From Candidatus Gallimonas intestinavium (GTDB lineage: Bacteria; Bacillota; Clostridia; Christensenellales; Borkfalkiaceae): a stretch of DNA of 64,000 nt. This document shows, piece by piece, positions 7,670 to 17,011 of this stretch; positions within the stretch are counted from its first letter, which is position 1; each line of letters starts with the position of its first letter. The stretch lies in assembly GCA_019116755.1 (NCBI GenBank), contig DXBB01000073.1, positions 2,692 through 66,691 on the forward strand. Reading direction: 5' to 3'. The translations under genes and the position numbers were made by a program. The notes below the pieces were generated by a model. The model was not told the origin of the DNA, did not search any database, and saw nothing but the letters and a program-made list of their open reading frames with translations.

Positions 7670-9231
7670 CTCCTTCTGCGCCGCGTAGTGCGCCGCTCAA
7701 CGAAACGAACGCCGCCGCGCCTTCCAACAGCGGCGTTCAACCCAAACGGCAAGCCTTCAATCCCTTTTTGCCGCTCGATGAATACATCCCCGACGGCGAA
7801 CCCCATGTCTTCGGCGACAGGGTGTATCTCTTCGGCTCACACGATCGTGAGGGCGGCTCCGAATATTGTCAGATGGGCGATTACGTCGGCTGGTCCGCGC
7901 CCGTCGACGATCTTACTTCATGGCGGTATGAGGGCGTCATCTATTCCGCCGACCGTCAGCCGGGCGGGGAGGGGAAGTGCCTTTACGCGCCCGACGTCGT
8001 GCGCGGAAACGACGGAAAATTCTATCTTTACTACTGCCTCGGCGATTTTGAGGGCGGCATCTTTGTCGCCGTCGCCGATTCCCCCTGCGGGAACTACCGC
8101 TATCTGGGCGAAGTCCGCCTTCCCGACGGCAGTCCGCTCCGCCGCTTCGTGCCTGCCGACCCCGCCGTCCTCAACGACAACGGCATCATCCGCCTCTATT
8201 ACGGCTGGTCGCTCTCGACCAATGCCGCCAAAGCCAACCGCGGGCACGACGTTCCCCCCGAACAGTTCAAGGAGATGCTCCTCATGGGCGAAACGCGCCT
8301 CTTTCACCGCACCCGCGAGGAAGTGCAAGGGGAAGAGGGCGGCAGCCTGATGGGCGCCGTCGCCTGCACGTTGAAGGACGATATGCTCACCGTCGACGAA
8401 CTCCCGCGGCGCATCCTGCCCGGTCAGTTCATGGCAGAGGGCACAAGTTTTGAAGGCCACGCCTTCTACGAGGCAAGCTCCATCCGCAAGGTGGGGGATC
8501 TTTACTACTTCATCTATTCCTCTCAGCTCAGCCACGAGCTCTGCTATGCGACGAGCCGCTATCCCGACCGTGGCTTTACCTTCCGCGGAACGATCGTCTC
8601 CAACGGCGACGTCGGGCTTTCGGGAAGGCGGGAAGAGGATCGTCTCAACCAGACCGCCAACAACCACGGCAGCATCGAACAGATCAACGGCAGGTGGTAT
8701 ATTTTCTATCACCGTCAGACGCACCGCTCCACCTTCAGCCGCCAGGCGTGCGCCGAGCCCGTCCAATTTCTCGCGGACGGCTCCATCCCGCAGGTGGAAA
8801 TGACGTCCTGCGGTCTCAACGGCGGCCCGCTTCGGCCCGAGGGCATCTTCCCCGCGCCCGTCTGCTGCAACCTGACGAACGGCAATATGCCGCACATCAC
8901 CAACCGCGCGACCGACGAGGACATCCCCTTCATCACGCACGGGAATGACGAGCGCTATATCGCGAACATCGCAGAGGGCACGCTCATCGCCTTCAAGTAT
9001 TTCGCCTTTAACGGGAGTTGCCGCCTTTCTCTTTGGGTGCGCGGCACGGGAGAGGGCGAGTTTGAAGTGAAGATCGGGGAAGAGACGGCCGTTCGCATCC
9101 CCGTCGGCCCCTCCGCCGCATGGCAGCAGGTCGATACTAACCTGACCGCCCACGGCACTTCCGCGCTCCGCTTTATCTATCACGGCGCGGGAAGAGCAGA
9201 ATTTCTGCAGTTCAGCCTTCATAAAAATTGA
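7666..9231 (+). CDS. GH43-like beta-propeller glycosidase with a C-terminal beta-sandwich (CBM-like) domain
   Basis: N-terminal NPFLPLDEYIPDGEPHVFGDRVYLFGSHD, then YAPDVV..DGKFYLYY and EASSIRKVGDLYYFIYS propeller repeats. The C-terminal roughly 100 aa is beta-rich. ATGA overlap with the uxaC stop. Confidence 0.6.
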   Translation: MTPSAPRSAPLNETNAAAPSNSGVQPKRQAFNPFLPLDEYIPDGEPHVFGDRVYLFGSHDREGGSEYCQMGDYVGWSAPVDDLTSWRYEGVIYSADRQPGGEGKCLYAPDVVRGNDGKFYLYYCLGDFEGGIFVAVADSPCGNYRYLGEVRLPDGSPLRRFVPADPAVLNDNGIIRLYYGWSLSTNAAKANRGHDVPPEQFKEMLLMGETRLFHRTREEVQGEEGGSLMGAVACTLKDDMLTVDELPRRILPGQFMAEGTSFEGHAFYEASSIRKVGDLYYFIYSSQLSHELCYATSRYPDRGFTFRGTIVSNGDVGLSGRREEDRLNQTANNHGSIEQINGRWYIFYHRQTHRSTFSRQACAEPVQFLADGSIPQVEMTSCGLNGGPLRPEGIFPAPVCCNLTNGNMPHITNRATDEDIPFITHGNDERYIANIAEGTLIAFKYFAFNGSCRLSLWVRGTGEGEFEVKIGEETAVRIPVGPSAAWQQVDTNLTAHGTSALRFIYHGAGRAEFLQFSLHKN

Positions 9232-9248
9232 AGGCAAAGGAGAACATC

Positions 9249-10286
9249 ATGATGAAAATGACCTTCCGCTGGTACGGGGAGAGCGACTGCATCCCGCTTT
9301 CCTACATCAAGCAGATCCCCAATCTGTCGGGCGTCGTCACGGCTGTTTACGACGTCCCCGTGGGCGAAGTCTGGCCGTGCGATAAGATCGCCCGCCTCAA
9401 AGAGCTGTGCGAACAAGCAGACCTTGAGATGGAAGTCATCGAGTCCGTCCCCGTGCATGAGGACATCAAGCTCGGCAAGCCCTCGCGCGATCGTCTCATC
9501 GAAAACTATGCGGAAACCATCCGAAATCTCGGCAAATTCGGCGTGAAATGTATCTGCTACAACTTCATGCCCGTCTTCGATTGGTTCCGCACCGACCTTC
9601 ACTATGTGCAAAAAAACGGCGCCGTCTGCCTCGCCTATCAGGAGGCGGACTTCCAGAAGCTCGATAAGCACAACCTGCGCCTTCCCGGCTGGGACGAAAG
9701 CTACACCCCCGAAGAGCTCAACGGGCTCCTCAAGGAGTACGAGAACATCTCGCACGAACAGCTCTTTGAAAACCTCGTCTATTTCCTCAACGGCATCATG
9801 CCTGCGTGCGACGAAACGGGCATCAACATGGCGATCCATCCCGACGATCCGCCCTGGGATATCTTCGGCCTTCCCCGCATCGTCACGGGCGCGGAGAGCT
9901 ACGAAAGGATGATCAATGCCGTTCCCAACATCCACAACGGCTTCACCTTCTGCACGGGCAGCCTCGGCGCAGGCAGATTCAACGACCTTCCCAAAATGGC
10001 GGCAACGTACGCAAAGCGCATCTATTTCGCGCACCTTCGTCAGCTCAAATTCGTCAACGAGACGGACTTCTACGAAAACGGCCATCAGACGCAGGACGGC
10101 AACGTCGATATCTACGCCATCGTCAAGGCGCTTGAAGAGAACGGCTTTTCGGGCTATGTCCGCCCCGACCACGGCAGAAACATCTGGGGCGAGGAAGGAA
10201 AGCCCGGCTACGGCCTCTACGACAGAGCCCTCGGCGCTGCCTATCTTTCCGGCCTCTTTGAAGCCGTCCGCAAAGACCGCGCCTGA
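9249..10286 (+). CDS. uxuA: Mannonate dehydratase
   Basis: MMKMTFRWYGESD is the canonical UxuA N-terminus. I chose ATG 9249, 5 nt after an AAAGGAGA RBS, rather than the TTG at 9228. Confidence 0.9.
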   Translation: MMKMTFRWYGESDCIPLSYIKQIPNLSGVVTAVYDVPVGEVWPCDKIARLKELCEQADLEMEVIESVPVHEDIKLGKPSRDRLIENYAETIRNLGKFGVKCICYNFMPVFDWFRTDLHYVQKNGAVCLAYQEADFQKLDKHNLRLPGWDESYTPEELNGLLKEYENISHEQLFENLVYFLNGIMPACDETGINMAIHPDDPPWDIFGLPRIVTGAESYERMINAVPNIHNGFTFCTGSLGAGRFNDLPKMAATYAKRIYFAHLRQLKFVNETDFYENGHQTQDGNVDIYAIVKALEENGFSGYVRPDHGRNIWGEEGKPGYGLYDRALGAAYLSGLFEAVRKDRA

Positions 10287-10316
10287 CGTTCACCGCCCGT
10301 GCAAGGAGCACGTCTT

Positions 10317-11210
10317 ATGAGTGAAATGCACGATACCGCCTTCCGCCTCATCCTGCAGGGGAAGAGCGATTTTGACGAAAAAAACTGGCCCGACTACGCC
10401 GCCCGCCGCGCGGGGGAGCGGGCTTCGGAAGTGCCCGAAGGCGTTTCGGTAGGGGAACTTCCCGCACCGCTTGCAGGCGAGTCTCTCTCCTGCCCCGAAA
10501 ACCCTGAAAATAAGCTCGTCTTTTACATCCACGGCGGAGGCTTTCTGGGCGGTTCCTCGGCATCCCGCCGCAGCTTCACGGGCTATCTCGCAAAAGAGCT
10601 TTCCTACAACGTCTGGAGCGCCGATTACCGTCTCGCGCCCGAGCATCCCTTCCCCGCAGCGCCCGAGGACTGCCTTTCCCACTACCGCGCGATCCTTAAG
10701 CGGTACGATCCGAAGAACATCGCCATTGTGGGGGAGAGTGCGGGTGGCAACCTCGTCGCATCCACTCTTCTTGCCGCCAAGGCAGAAGGGCTCCCGCTTC
10801 CCGCCTGCGCCGCGCTGCTCTCGCCGACGCTGCAATATCGGGAGGAATTCCCTTCCTATCAAAACAACGCCGCCACCGACTGTATGCTGGGCAAGACCTT
10901 CCTCGCGGAAGTGCGCGCGACCTATCTCCGCGACCCCGAACGGGTAAACGATCCGCTTGCCTCGCCTCTTTTTGGCGACGTCACGGGCTTCCCGCCCTGC
11001 TTTCTGACCGTTTCCGACAGTGAGTATCTTTACGACGACTCCGTGCGCTTTTCTGAAAAGCTGAAAGCGGCAGGCGTTCCCTGTGAGCTCGAAGTTTATC
11101 ATGATCTGATGCATGCATTCCCCATCATCGCGGCGCTGCCCGAAGCGCAGGATGCCAACCAAAAGATGGGAACATTTTTCGACCGTTATCTCAAGGAGGC
11201 AAACCAATGA
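10317..11210 (+). CDS. Alpha/beta-hydrolase esterase (HSL/Aes family, carbohydrate or acetyl esterase)
   Basis: Oxyanion HGGG motif (YIHGGGFLGGS), nucleophile elbow GESAGGN, and a C-terminal HDLMHAF. Start at ATG 10317, 8 nt after AAGGAG. Confidence 0.8.
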   Translation: MSEMHDTAFRLILQGKSDFDEKNWPDYAARRAGERASEVPEGVSVGELPAPLAGESLSCPENPENKLVFYIHGGGFLGGSSASRRSFTGYLAKELSYNVWSADYRLAPEHPFPAAPEDCLSHYRAILKRYDPKNIAIVGESAGGNLVASTLLAAKAEGLPLPACAALLSPTLQYREEFPSYQNNAATDCMLGKTFLAEVRATYLRDPERVNDPLASPLFGDVTGFPPCFLTVSDSEYLYDDSVRFSEKLKAAGVPCELEVYHDLMHAFPIIAALPEAQDANQKMGTFFDRYLKEANQ

Positions 11211-11827
11211 ACGAACTATTAAAGCGGATCCAAGAATGCAAGCTCGTGCCCGTCGTCACGTTAAAGTCGATCGAAGACGCCGAGCCCACGCTCTCCGCGC
11301 TCATCAAGGGCGGGCTCCCCGTCGCGGAGATCTGCTTCCGCACCGAGTGCGCCGAGGAGGCGATCTCCCTCGCCGTGCAAAAATTCCCCGAGATGCTCGT
11401 GGGTGCGGGCACCGTCATCAACAAGGAGCAGTGCGAGCGCGCCATCGCGGCAGGGGCGAAGTTCATCGTCTCCCCGGGCTGTTCCAAAAAGGTCGCCAAA
11501 GTGTGCATGCGGGAAGGAATTCCCTATCTCCCGGGCGTCGTCACGCCGACGGAGGTCATCAAGGCGCTCTCTTTAGGGTACGATCACCTCAAATTTTTCC
11601 CCGCGGGCGACTTCGGGGGCCTCAAGACCATCAAAGCGCTCTCCGCCGCCTTCCCGCAGGTCAGTTTCATGCCGACGGGCGGCGTCGGGCCCGATAACCT
11701 CAACGAATATCTCTCCTTCCCCAAAATTTTCGCCTGCGGCGGCAGCTGGATGGTGAAGGGTACCCCCGAAGAGATCGAAAAAGAGGCTTCCGCCGCCGTC
11801 GCCCTTTTGAACGCGGCAAACAGATAG
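11207..11827 (+). CDS. eda: 2-dehydro-3-deoxyphosphogluconate (KDPG) / 4-hydroxy-2-oxoglutarate aldolase
   Basis: Motifs VAEICFRTECAEEAI, VGAGTV, KFFPA and MPTGGV. ATGA overlap with the upstream esterase gene. Two terminators follow. Confidence 0.9.
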   Translation: MNELLKRIQECKLVPVVTLKSIEDAEPTLSALIKGGLPVAEICFRTECAEEAISLAVQKFPEMLVGAGTVINKEQCERAIAAGAKFIVSPGCSKKVAKVCMREGIPYLPGVVTPTEVIKALSLGYDHLKFFPAGDFGGLKTIKALSAAFPQVSFMPTGGVGPDNLNEYLSFPKIFACGGSWMVKGTPEEIEKEASAAVALLNAANR

Positions 11828-11930
11828 TCCGTTCCAAAACAGAAACAGCGTGCAGATCTTCCGCGCCCCTCGTATAACGGCACGCAAACCCTCCGCAACT
11901 CATCAAAAACCAAACATCCTCCTCCCCCTG

Positions 11931-11964
11931 AAAAAAGGCGGCCGCATCTTCGGCCGTCTTTTTT
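11931..11964. terminator. Rho-independent terminator (bidirectional type) after eda
   Basis: A6, GGCGGCCG, loop, CGGCCGTC, T6. Confidence 0.7.
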
Positions 11965-12001
11965 GATGTCTCCCGCCTCGTCCGCATTCGCTTTGCACAA
12001 C

Positions 12002-12034
12002 AAAAAAGGGAACGGAGTGTACCGTTCCCTTTTT
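12002..12034. terminator. Second bidirectional rho-independent terminator
   Basis: A6, GGGAACGG, AGTGTA, CCGTTCCC, T5. Confidence 0.75.
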
Positions 12035-12260
12035 GTAAATTGTCGATCGAGTTGGCCAACGATGATCAAAATAGGGGGATTGAAGTTATGAAGCGGTCGG
12101 CCTCGTTCGATCTTGGCCCTATTATATCAGATATATCCGAAGAAGTCTATCAGAATCTTTGGGTTTTTTGCAAAATTATCGCCTTTTTTCTTTTATTCCT
12201 TCTTACAAACCTAAACTAATTCAAGTATGGCGCCCAACTTCCGCCGTTTTCCTAAGATTG

Positions 12261-12899
12261 TTATCGTGCGGGCGTGGGGGAGCCCTTCAGATACGCCAAA
12301 ACCATATCGGCAAGGCGGTGGAGCATCTCTTCGCCGAGCATCCGCGCCCTCGCGTTCTCCGAGAGCGTCTCGCAGTGGAAGGTGTAGCCCGCCAGAAGGA
12401 TGGAGACGGTCGCCGTCAGCTCCTCGAGCGGCTTGTCGGTGCGGAACACGCCCGCCTCCTGCCCGCGTACGATCTGCCTCTCAAAGAGCAGGATGCGCGC
12501 CGGCCTGCGCTCCGATCCATCCCTTTGATTGGTCGCGAGATACACCGAGTAGAGGTTCATAAACAAAAGGTCGTCGTGTACCTCGGGCGAAAGGTCCTTA
12601 AAGGCGAGGATGGCATAGCGGATGAGAGTTTCGGGTGAGCCCATCTCGGCGGCATCGGCGATGCGCGCAAGATAGGACTTTTCCACGAGCTCCTCCATGA
12701 TATCCGCGAGCACCTCGTCGAGGTTCTTGTAATAGGCGTACAGCCGCTGGCGCGAAAAGCCCGCCCGCACCGAAAGCTCGCTCATCGCCCCGTCATAGAT
12801 GCCGCGCTCCAAAACGAGCTTCTTCGCCTCCGTCAGAATGATCTTTTTGCGCTCCGCACGCTGCTGCTCAAACTTATTCATGCCTTCAAGATAGCACAT
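12261..12899 (-). CDS. TetR/AcrR family transcriptional regulator
   Basis: N-terminal TetR HTH (ILTEAKKLVLERGIYDGAMSELSVRAGFSRQRLYAYYKNLDEVL). Divergent from the ABC exporter operon. Confidence 0.85.
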   Translation of the reverse strand: MCYLEGMNKFEQQRAERKKIILTEAKKLVLERGIYDGAMSELSVRAGFSRQRLYAYYKNLDEVLADIMEELVEKSYLARIADAAEMGSPETLIRYAILAFKDLSPEVHDDLLFMNLYSVYLATNQRDGSERRPARILLFERQIVRGQEAGVFRTDKPLEELTATVSILLAGYTFHCETLSENARARMLGEEMLHRLADMVLAYLKGSPTPAR

Positions 12900-12968
12900 T
12901 TTTTCCCGAAAGGCAAGCGTTTGTGCAAAAATTATTTACAACCTGTCAATCTTTTTTGCCTCAAACAC

Positions 12969-12997
12969 TTGACAATATGTAAACAATATGCTACAAT
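12969..12997 (+). promoter_or_regulatory. Putative sigma-A promoter of the ABC exporter operon
   Basis: TTGACA (12969-12974), 17-nt spacer, TACAAT (12992-12997). Confidence 0.6.
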
Positions 12998-13014
12998 ACT
13001 GTAAAGGAACAGTA
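12997..13014. promoter_or_regulatory. Inverted repeat TACTGT-N6-ACAGTA, candidate TetR operator
   Basis: Perfect 6-bp arms that overlap the end of the -10 hexamer. Confidence 0.4.
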
Positions 13015-13247
13015 CGAACCCGCTTTTTCGTCGCGGCAAGACGCATCTTGCGGGCATTCGGCAAAGCCGACCGCCGCACCTTTTTCGTCTGCCGCTCCTC
13101 TTCGCAAAATTTTACATCGCAAAATTTTGCGAGGGCTGTGGTATGAATTGGACGCCTTGCCGTTCATCGTCTTTGCAATACGGCGGTATTGCCGCATCCT
13201 CTTCACGGCAAAGCATCTCAAAATCTACTCGCCAAAAGTGCGAAGCA

Positions 13248-13354
13248 ATCAAAAGCTGCGGTTTTGCCCCCGGACAAGGCAAGGACCGCAGGCCGTGCCG
13301 AGCGCACGGTCAAGGGTCTTAACGCAGTGTCGGGGCAAAGCACGCGCTTTTGAT
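13248..13354 (+). repeat. Long imperfect inverted repeat in the 5' leader of the ABC exporter operon
   Basis: Outer stem ATCAAAAGC (13248-13256) pairs with GCTTTTGAT (13346-13354). Inner stem TTTGCCCC (13263-13270) pairs with GGGGCAAA (13332-13339). A nested hairpin CCGTGC/GCACGG lies inside. Confidence 0.6.
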
Positions 13355-13405
13355 CGGGTTCCTATTATTCCCTTACAGTATAATGCAGAACAAAGGGAGG
13401 GCATC

Positions 13406-15133
13406 ATGTTTCGTCTCATTCGCTATCTCACCAAAAAACAAGTCTGTTTCTTTCTTCTGCTCCTTGCATTCCTCGTCGTGCAGGTGTTCTGCGACGTCAC
13501 GCTTCCCACCTACACGGCGCGCATCGTCGAACAAATGCAGGCGGGTGCAGAGGCGCTTGCCATCCTCAAAACGGGCGGCATCATGCTCGCCTTCGCGGCG
13601 GTCAGCGTTCTTGCGACGATTGCAGAGACCTTCCTCTCCGCTTCCATCTCAACGGGCCTCGGGCGCCGGCTGAGAGGGGAGGTGTTCTCGCATATCTTAT
13701 CGCTCTCCGACCGCACGGCGGGTTCGTTCTCGGCGGGCTCGCTCTTGACGCGCACCACCAACGACGTCCAGCAGGTCGTCTCCTCGATGGTGCTCATCCT
13801 GCGGCTTGGCGTGGGCGCGCCCCTCATGGCGGGTATGGCGATCGTGCGCATTGCCCAATCGAGCGGCGAACTCACCTTCGTCACGGCGGGCGCCGTCGTC
13901 ATTTTGCTCTGCGGCATCGCCGCCATCCTCGTGGTCACGCTGCCCCGCTTCAAGCTCGTCCAGAAGCTCACCGACCGTCTCAACGGCACCTTGCGCGATA
14001 CGCTCACGGGCATCCGCGTCGTGCGCGCCTACAATGCCGAAGAATACGAGCGCGCCCGCTTTGAAGAGGTGAGCGCTTCCCTTCAGAAGAACAACACCTT
14101 TGCAGGCCGCGCGATGGCGCTCATGAACCCTCTCATGATGCTCATCTTCAACGGCCTGACGCTCGCCATCTATTGGCTGGGGTGCTTCATCATCGTGCGC
14201 GACAACAACGCCGCCTTCTTCCCCGAAATGTTTTCCTTCACCCAGCTCGCCTCGCAGGTCGTCACGGCGTTCATGGTGCTCATCATGCTCTTCAACATGA
14301 TCCCGCGCGCCCAGATCTCCGCAAAGCGCATCCTCGAAGTGCTCGGGAAGCAGTCCGAACTTAAAGACCCCGCCTCTCCCGCCGCGTATTCCCCCGATGG
14401 CTCCATCGAGATGAAGGGCGTCTCTGCAAGCTACGGCGGCGCGCCCGTGATAAGCGGCGTTACCTTCCGCGTGGAGAGGGGGCAGACGCTCGCCGTCGTG
14501 GGCGGCACGGGCGCAGGCAAGACGACGCTTTTAAAGCTCCTCCTGCGCTTTCTTGATGCCGATACGGGCGAAGTGCGCGTAGGCGGCACAAACGTCAGGG
14601 ACGTCCCGCAGAAGGAACTCCGAAAACACCTCGGCTACGCCCCGCAAAAGAGCGCGCTCCTTTCGGGCACCATCCGCGAAAACCTCGCCTTTGCCGATCC
14701 CGCGCTTCCGGACGATAAGCTCATGGAGGCAGCCGACACCGCCTGCGCCGCCGAGTTCATCAGGGAAAAAGGGGGGCTTCCCGCCGAGGTCGCCCAGGGC
14801 GGGCGCAACTTCTCGGGCGGGCAGCGCCAGCGCCTCTCCATTGCCCGCGCCATCGCGGCAAAGCCGCCCGTCGTGCTCTTTGACGACAGCTTCTCGGCGC
14901 TCGACTTCGCAACGGATGCCAAGGTGCGCGGGAACCTCAAAGAGCGCCTCCCCGATGTCACCAAGGTCATCGTTGCCCAGCGCATCTCCACCGTGCGCGA
15001 CGCCGACGTCATCGTCGTTTTGGACCACGGCAAAATGGCAGGCGCAGGCACGCATGAAGAATTGCTTAAAACTTGTCCCGCATACCTCGAAATAGCACAA
15101 TCACAAATGACCCAAGAGGAGCTTGCAAGATGA
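13406..15133 (+). CDS. ABC exporter subunit, fused permease + ATPase (multidrug/lipid type, heterodimer partner 1)
   Basis: Start at ATG 13406 after an AGGGAGG RBS; the track ORF from 13127 is an in-frame upstream extension. Six-TM region, Walker A GGTGAGKTT, signature FSGGQRQR, Walker B VVLFDD. Confidence 0.9.
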   Translation: MFRLIRYLTKKQVCFFLLLLAFLVVQVFCDVTLPTYTARIVEQMQAGAEALAILKTGGIMLAFAAVSVLATIAETFLSASISTGLGRRLRGEVFSHILSLSDRTAGSFSAGSLLTRTTNDVQQVVSSMVLILRLGVGAPLMAGMAIVRIAQSSGELTFVTAGAVVILLCGIAAILVVTLPRFKLVQKLTDRLNGTLRDTLTGIRVVRAYNAEEYERARFEEVSASLQKNNTFAGRAMALMNPLMMLIFNGLTLAIYWLGCFIIVRDNNAAFFPEMFSFTQLASQVVTAFMVLIMLFNMIPRAQISAKRILEVLGKQSELKDPASPAAYSPDGSIEMKGVSASYGGAPVISGVTFRVERGQTLAVVGGTGAGKTTLLKLLLRFLDADTGEVRVGGTNVRDVPQKELRKHLGYAPQKSALLSGTIRENLAFADPALPDDKLMEAADTACAAEFIREKGGLPAEVAQGGRNFSGGQRQRLSIARAIAAKPPVVLFDDSFSALDFATDAKVRGNLKERLPDVTKVIVAQRISTVRDADVIVVLDHGKMAGAGTHEELLKTCPAYLEIAQSQMTQEELAR

Positions 15134-16902
15134 AACAACAAAAGAACCGATCGCCGCTTTCCAAATTACTTCGCTACTGCAAGCGCCATCTTGCGGGGCT
15201 TATCGCCGTGCTCGTATTGAGCATCGCGGGCGTCTTTCTCACCGTCTTTGCCGCCACCTTCTTAAAAGAGCTCACCGACTACATCGAATCGGCATCCCGT
15301 CAGGCATCGGGCTCCGTCACGATGGCAGACGTCATCGATATGAACGTCATCCTCCGCCTCGGGCTGACGCTCTCGGGGATGTACTTAGGCTCCGCGCTCT
15401 GTTCCTATCTTCAGGCGTATCTCATGGCGGGCATCAATCAGAGCGTCGCGCGCCGCCTGCGCACGGATATCTCCGCCAAGCTCGGCAGGCTTCCCATGCG
15501 CTATTTCGACGGCCACGCCCTGGGCGATACGCTCTCCCACGTCACCAACGACGTCGATACCGTCGCCCAGTCCATGGCAAGCTCTTTGAGCACGTCGCTC
15601 ACGGCGGCGGTGCAGCTTGTCGTCGTCATCGTCATGATGTTTGTCACCGACCCGTGGATGACGCTCACCGCCTTTGCGACCGTTCCCTTTTCTCTCCTTG
15701 TCATCGCCTTCATCGTGCGCCGCTCACAGAAGTATTTCCGTGCGCAGCAGCAGCGGCTGGGGGCCCTCAACGGGCAGGCGGAGGAGAGCTATTCCTCGCT
15801 CGAGCTCATCCGTGCCTATGGTGCCGAGGAACGCACGGCATCCGCCTTTGAACGCAGCAACGAAGCGCTCCGCTCCTCCATGTACCGCGCCAATGTCATT
15901 TCGGCGATCGCTCATCCTCTGACGACCTTCCTCTCCAAACTCGGCTACGTCGCCATCTGCGTGGTGGGGGGTATCCTGATGGCGCAGGGCGCAACGACGC
16001 TCGGCGATCTCGCCGCCTTCCTCATCTACATCAACCTCTTCCAGTCTCCCTTGTCGCAGCTCGGGCAGGCAGCCAATCTCTTCCAGTCCGCCTCCGCCGC
16101 CGCAGGCCGCGTCTTTGAGTTTCTCGAAGAGGAGGAAGAGCCTGCCGAAACGCCCGCTGCGCACATTGCGCCCGAAGAGGTCAAAGGCGCCGTCGAATTT
16201 CGCCACGTCTCCTTTGGTTACGATGCCGCCCATCCCGTCCTCCGCGATTTCTCCGCGACGGTCAAAGCGGGGCAGAAGGTCGCCATCGTCGGCCCCACGG
16301 GCGCGGGCAAGACGACGCTCGTCAATCTCTTGATGCGCTTTTACGAGTGCGAAGGGGAGATCCTCATCGACGGCGTTCCCATCAAGTCGCTCTCCCGCGC
16401 AAACGTGCGCGAACTTTTTTCCATGGTCCTGCAGGATGCCTGGGTATTCGGCGGCACGCTCAAAGAAAACGTCCTCTACAGCAAGCAGGGCGTCCCCGAA
16501 GAGCGCGTCAAAGAGGCGGTCATCGCCTCGGATATCTATCACCTCGTCGCGGCGCTCCCCGAGGGCGCGGATACGGTCATCGGCGAAAATTCCCTCTCGG
16601 GCGGGCAGAAGCAGCTCGTCACCATCGCCCGCGCCATGATCGAGGACGCGCCCATGCTCATTCTGGACGAGGCGACTTCTAACGTCGACACCCGCACCGA
16701 GCGCACCATCCAGGCGGCGATGGACGCCCTCACGAAGGGCCGCACGAGCTTCGTCATCGCCCACCGCCTTTCGACCATCCAAAACGCCGACCTCATCCTC
16801 GTGCTCGACCACGGCAACATCGTCGAACAGGGCACGCACGAAGAGCTCCTTGCCCGCCGCGGCTTCTATGCAAACCTCTACAACGCCCAGTTCGCAGGCT
16901 GA
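15130..16902 (+). CDS. ABC exporter subunit, fused permease + ATPase (heterodimer partner 2)
   Basis: ATGA overlap with the upstream subunit. Walker A GPTGAGKTT, signature LSGGQKQL, Walker B LILDEATS. Confidence 0.9.
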   Translation: MKQQKNRSPLSKLLRYCKRHLAGLIAVLVLSIAGVFLTVFAATFLKELTDYIESASRQASGSVTMADVIDMNVILRLGLTLSGMYLGSALCSYLQAYLMAGINQSVARRLRTDISAKLGRLPMRYFDGHALGDTLSHVTNDVDTVAQSMASSLSTSLTAAVQLVVVIVMMFVTDPWMTLTAFATVPFSLLVIAFIVRRSQKYFRAQQQRLGALNGQAEESYSSLELIRAYGAEERTASAFERSNEALRSSMYRANVISAIAHPLTTFLSKLGYVAICVVGGILMAQGATTLGDLAAFLIYINLFQSPLSQLGQAANLFQSASAAAGRVFEFLEEEEEPAETPAAHIAPEEVKGAVEFRHVSFGYDAAHPVLRDFSATVKAGQKVAIVGPTGAGKTTLVNLLMRFYECEGEILIDGVPIKSLSRANVRELFSMVLQDAWVFGGTLKENVLYSKQGVPEERVKEAVIASDIYHLVAALPEGADTVIGENSLSGGQKQLVTIARAMIEDAPMLILDEATSNVDTRTERTIQAAMDALTKGRTSFVIAHRLSTIQNADLILVLDHGNIVEQGTHEELLARRGFYANLYNAQFAG

Positions 16903-16917
16903 AAAAAGGAAAATATC

Positions 16918-16947
16918 TTGTCATTGACAAAAAAATTTTGATAGAAC
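16918..16947 (+). promoter_or_regulatory. Putative promoter of the nucleoside-hydrolase-like/GH3 pair
   Basis: TTGTCA (16918-16923), 18-nt spacer, TAGAAC (16942-16947). The string ATTTTGATAGAA is identical to the one at 4159-4170. Confidence 0.4.
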
Positions 16948-17011
16948 CTCACAGTTTTTTCTGCTATGATAGGGAAAAAGGGGAGCCGCGCGGCTCCCGA
17001 GGAGCAACTCC

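Noticed and set aside
12087-12218. A 43-codon ORF (MKRSASFDLGPIISDISEEVYQNLWVFCKIIAFFLLFLLTNLN) after the two eda terminators, with an AGGGGGA RBS
   Set aside because: It is plausible as a small hydrophobic peptide, but it is short, sits in an AT-rich spacer, and I cannot assess its conservation. The evidence is not sufficient to call it.
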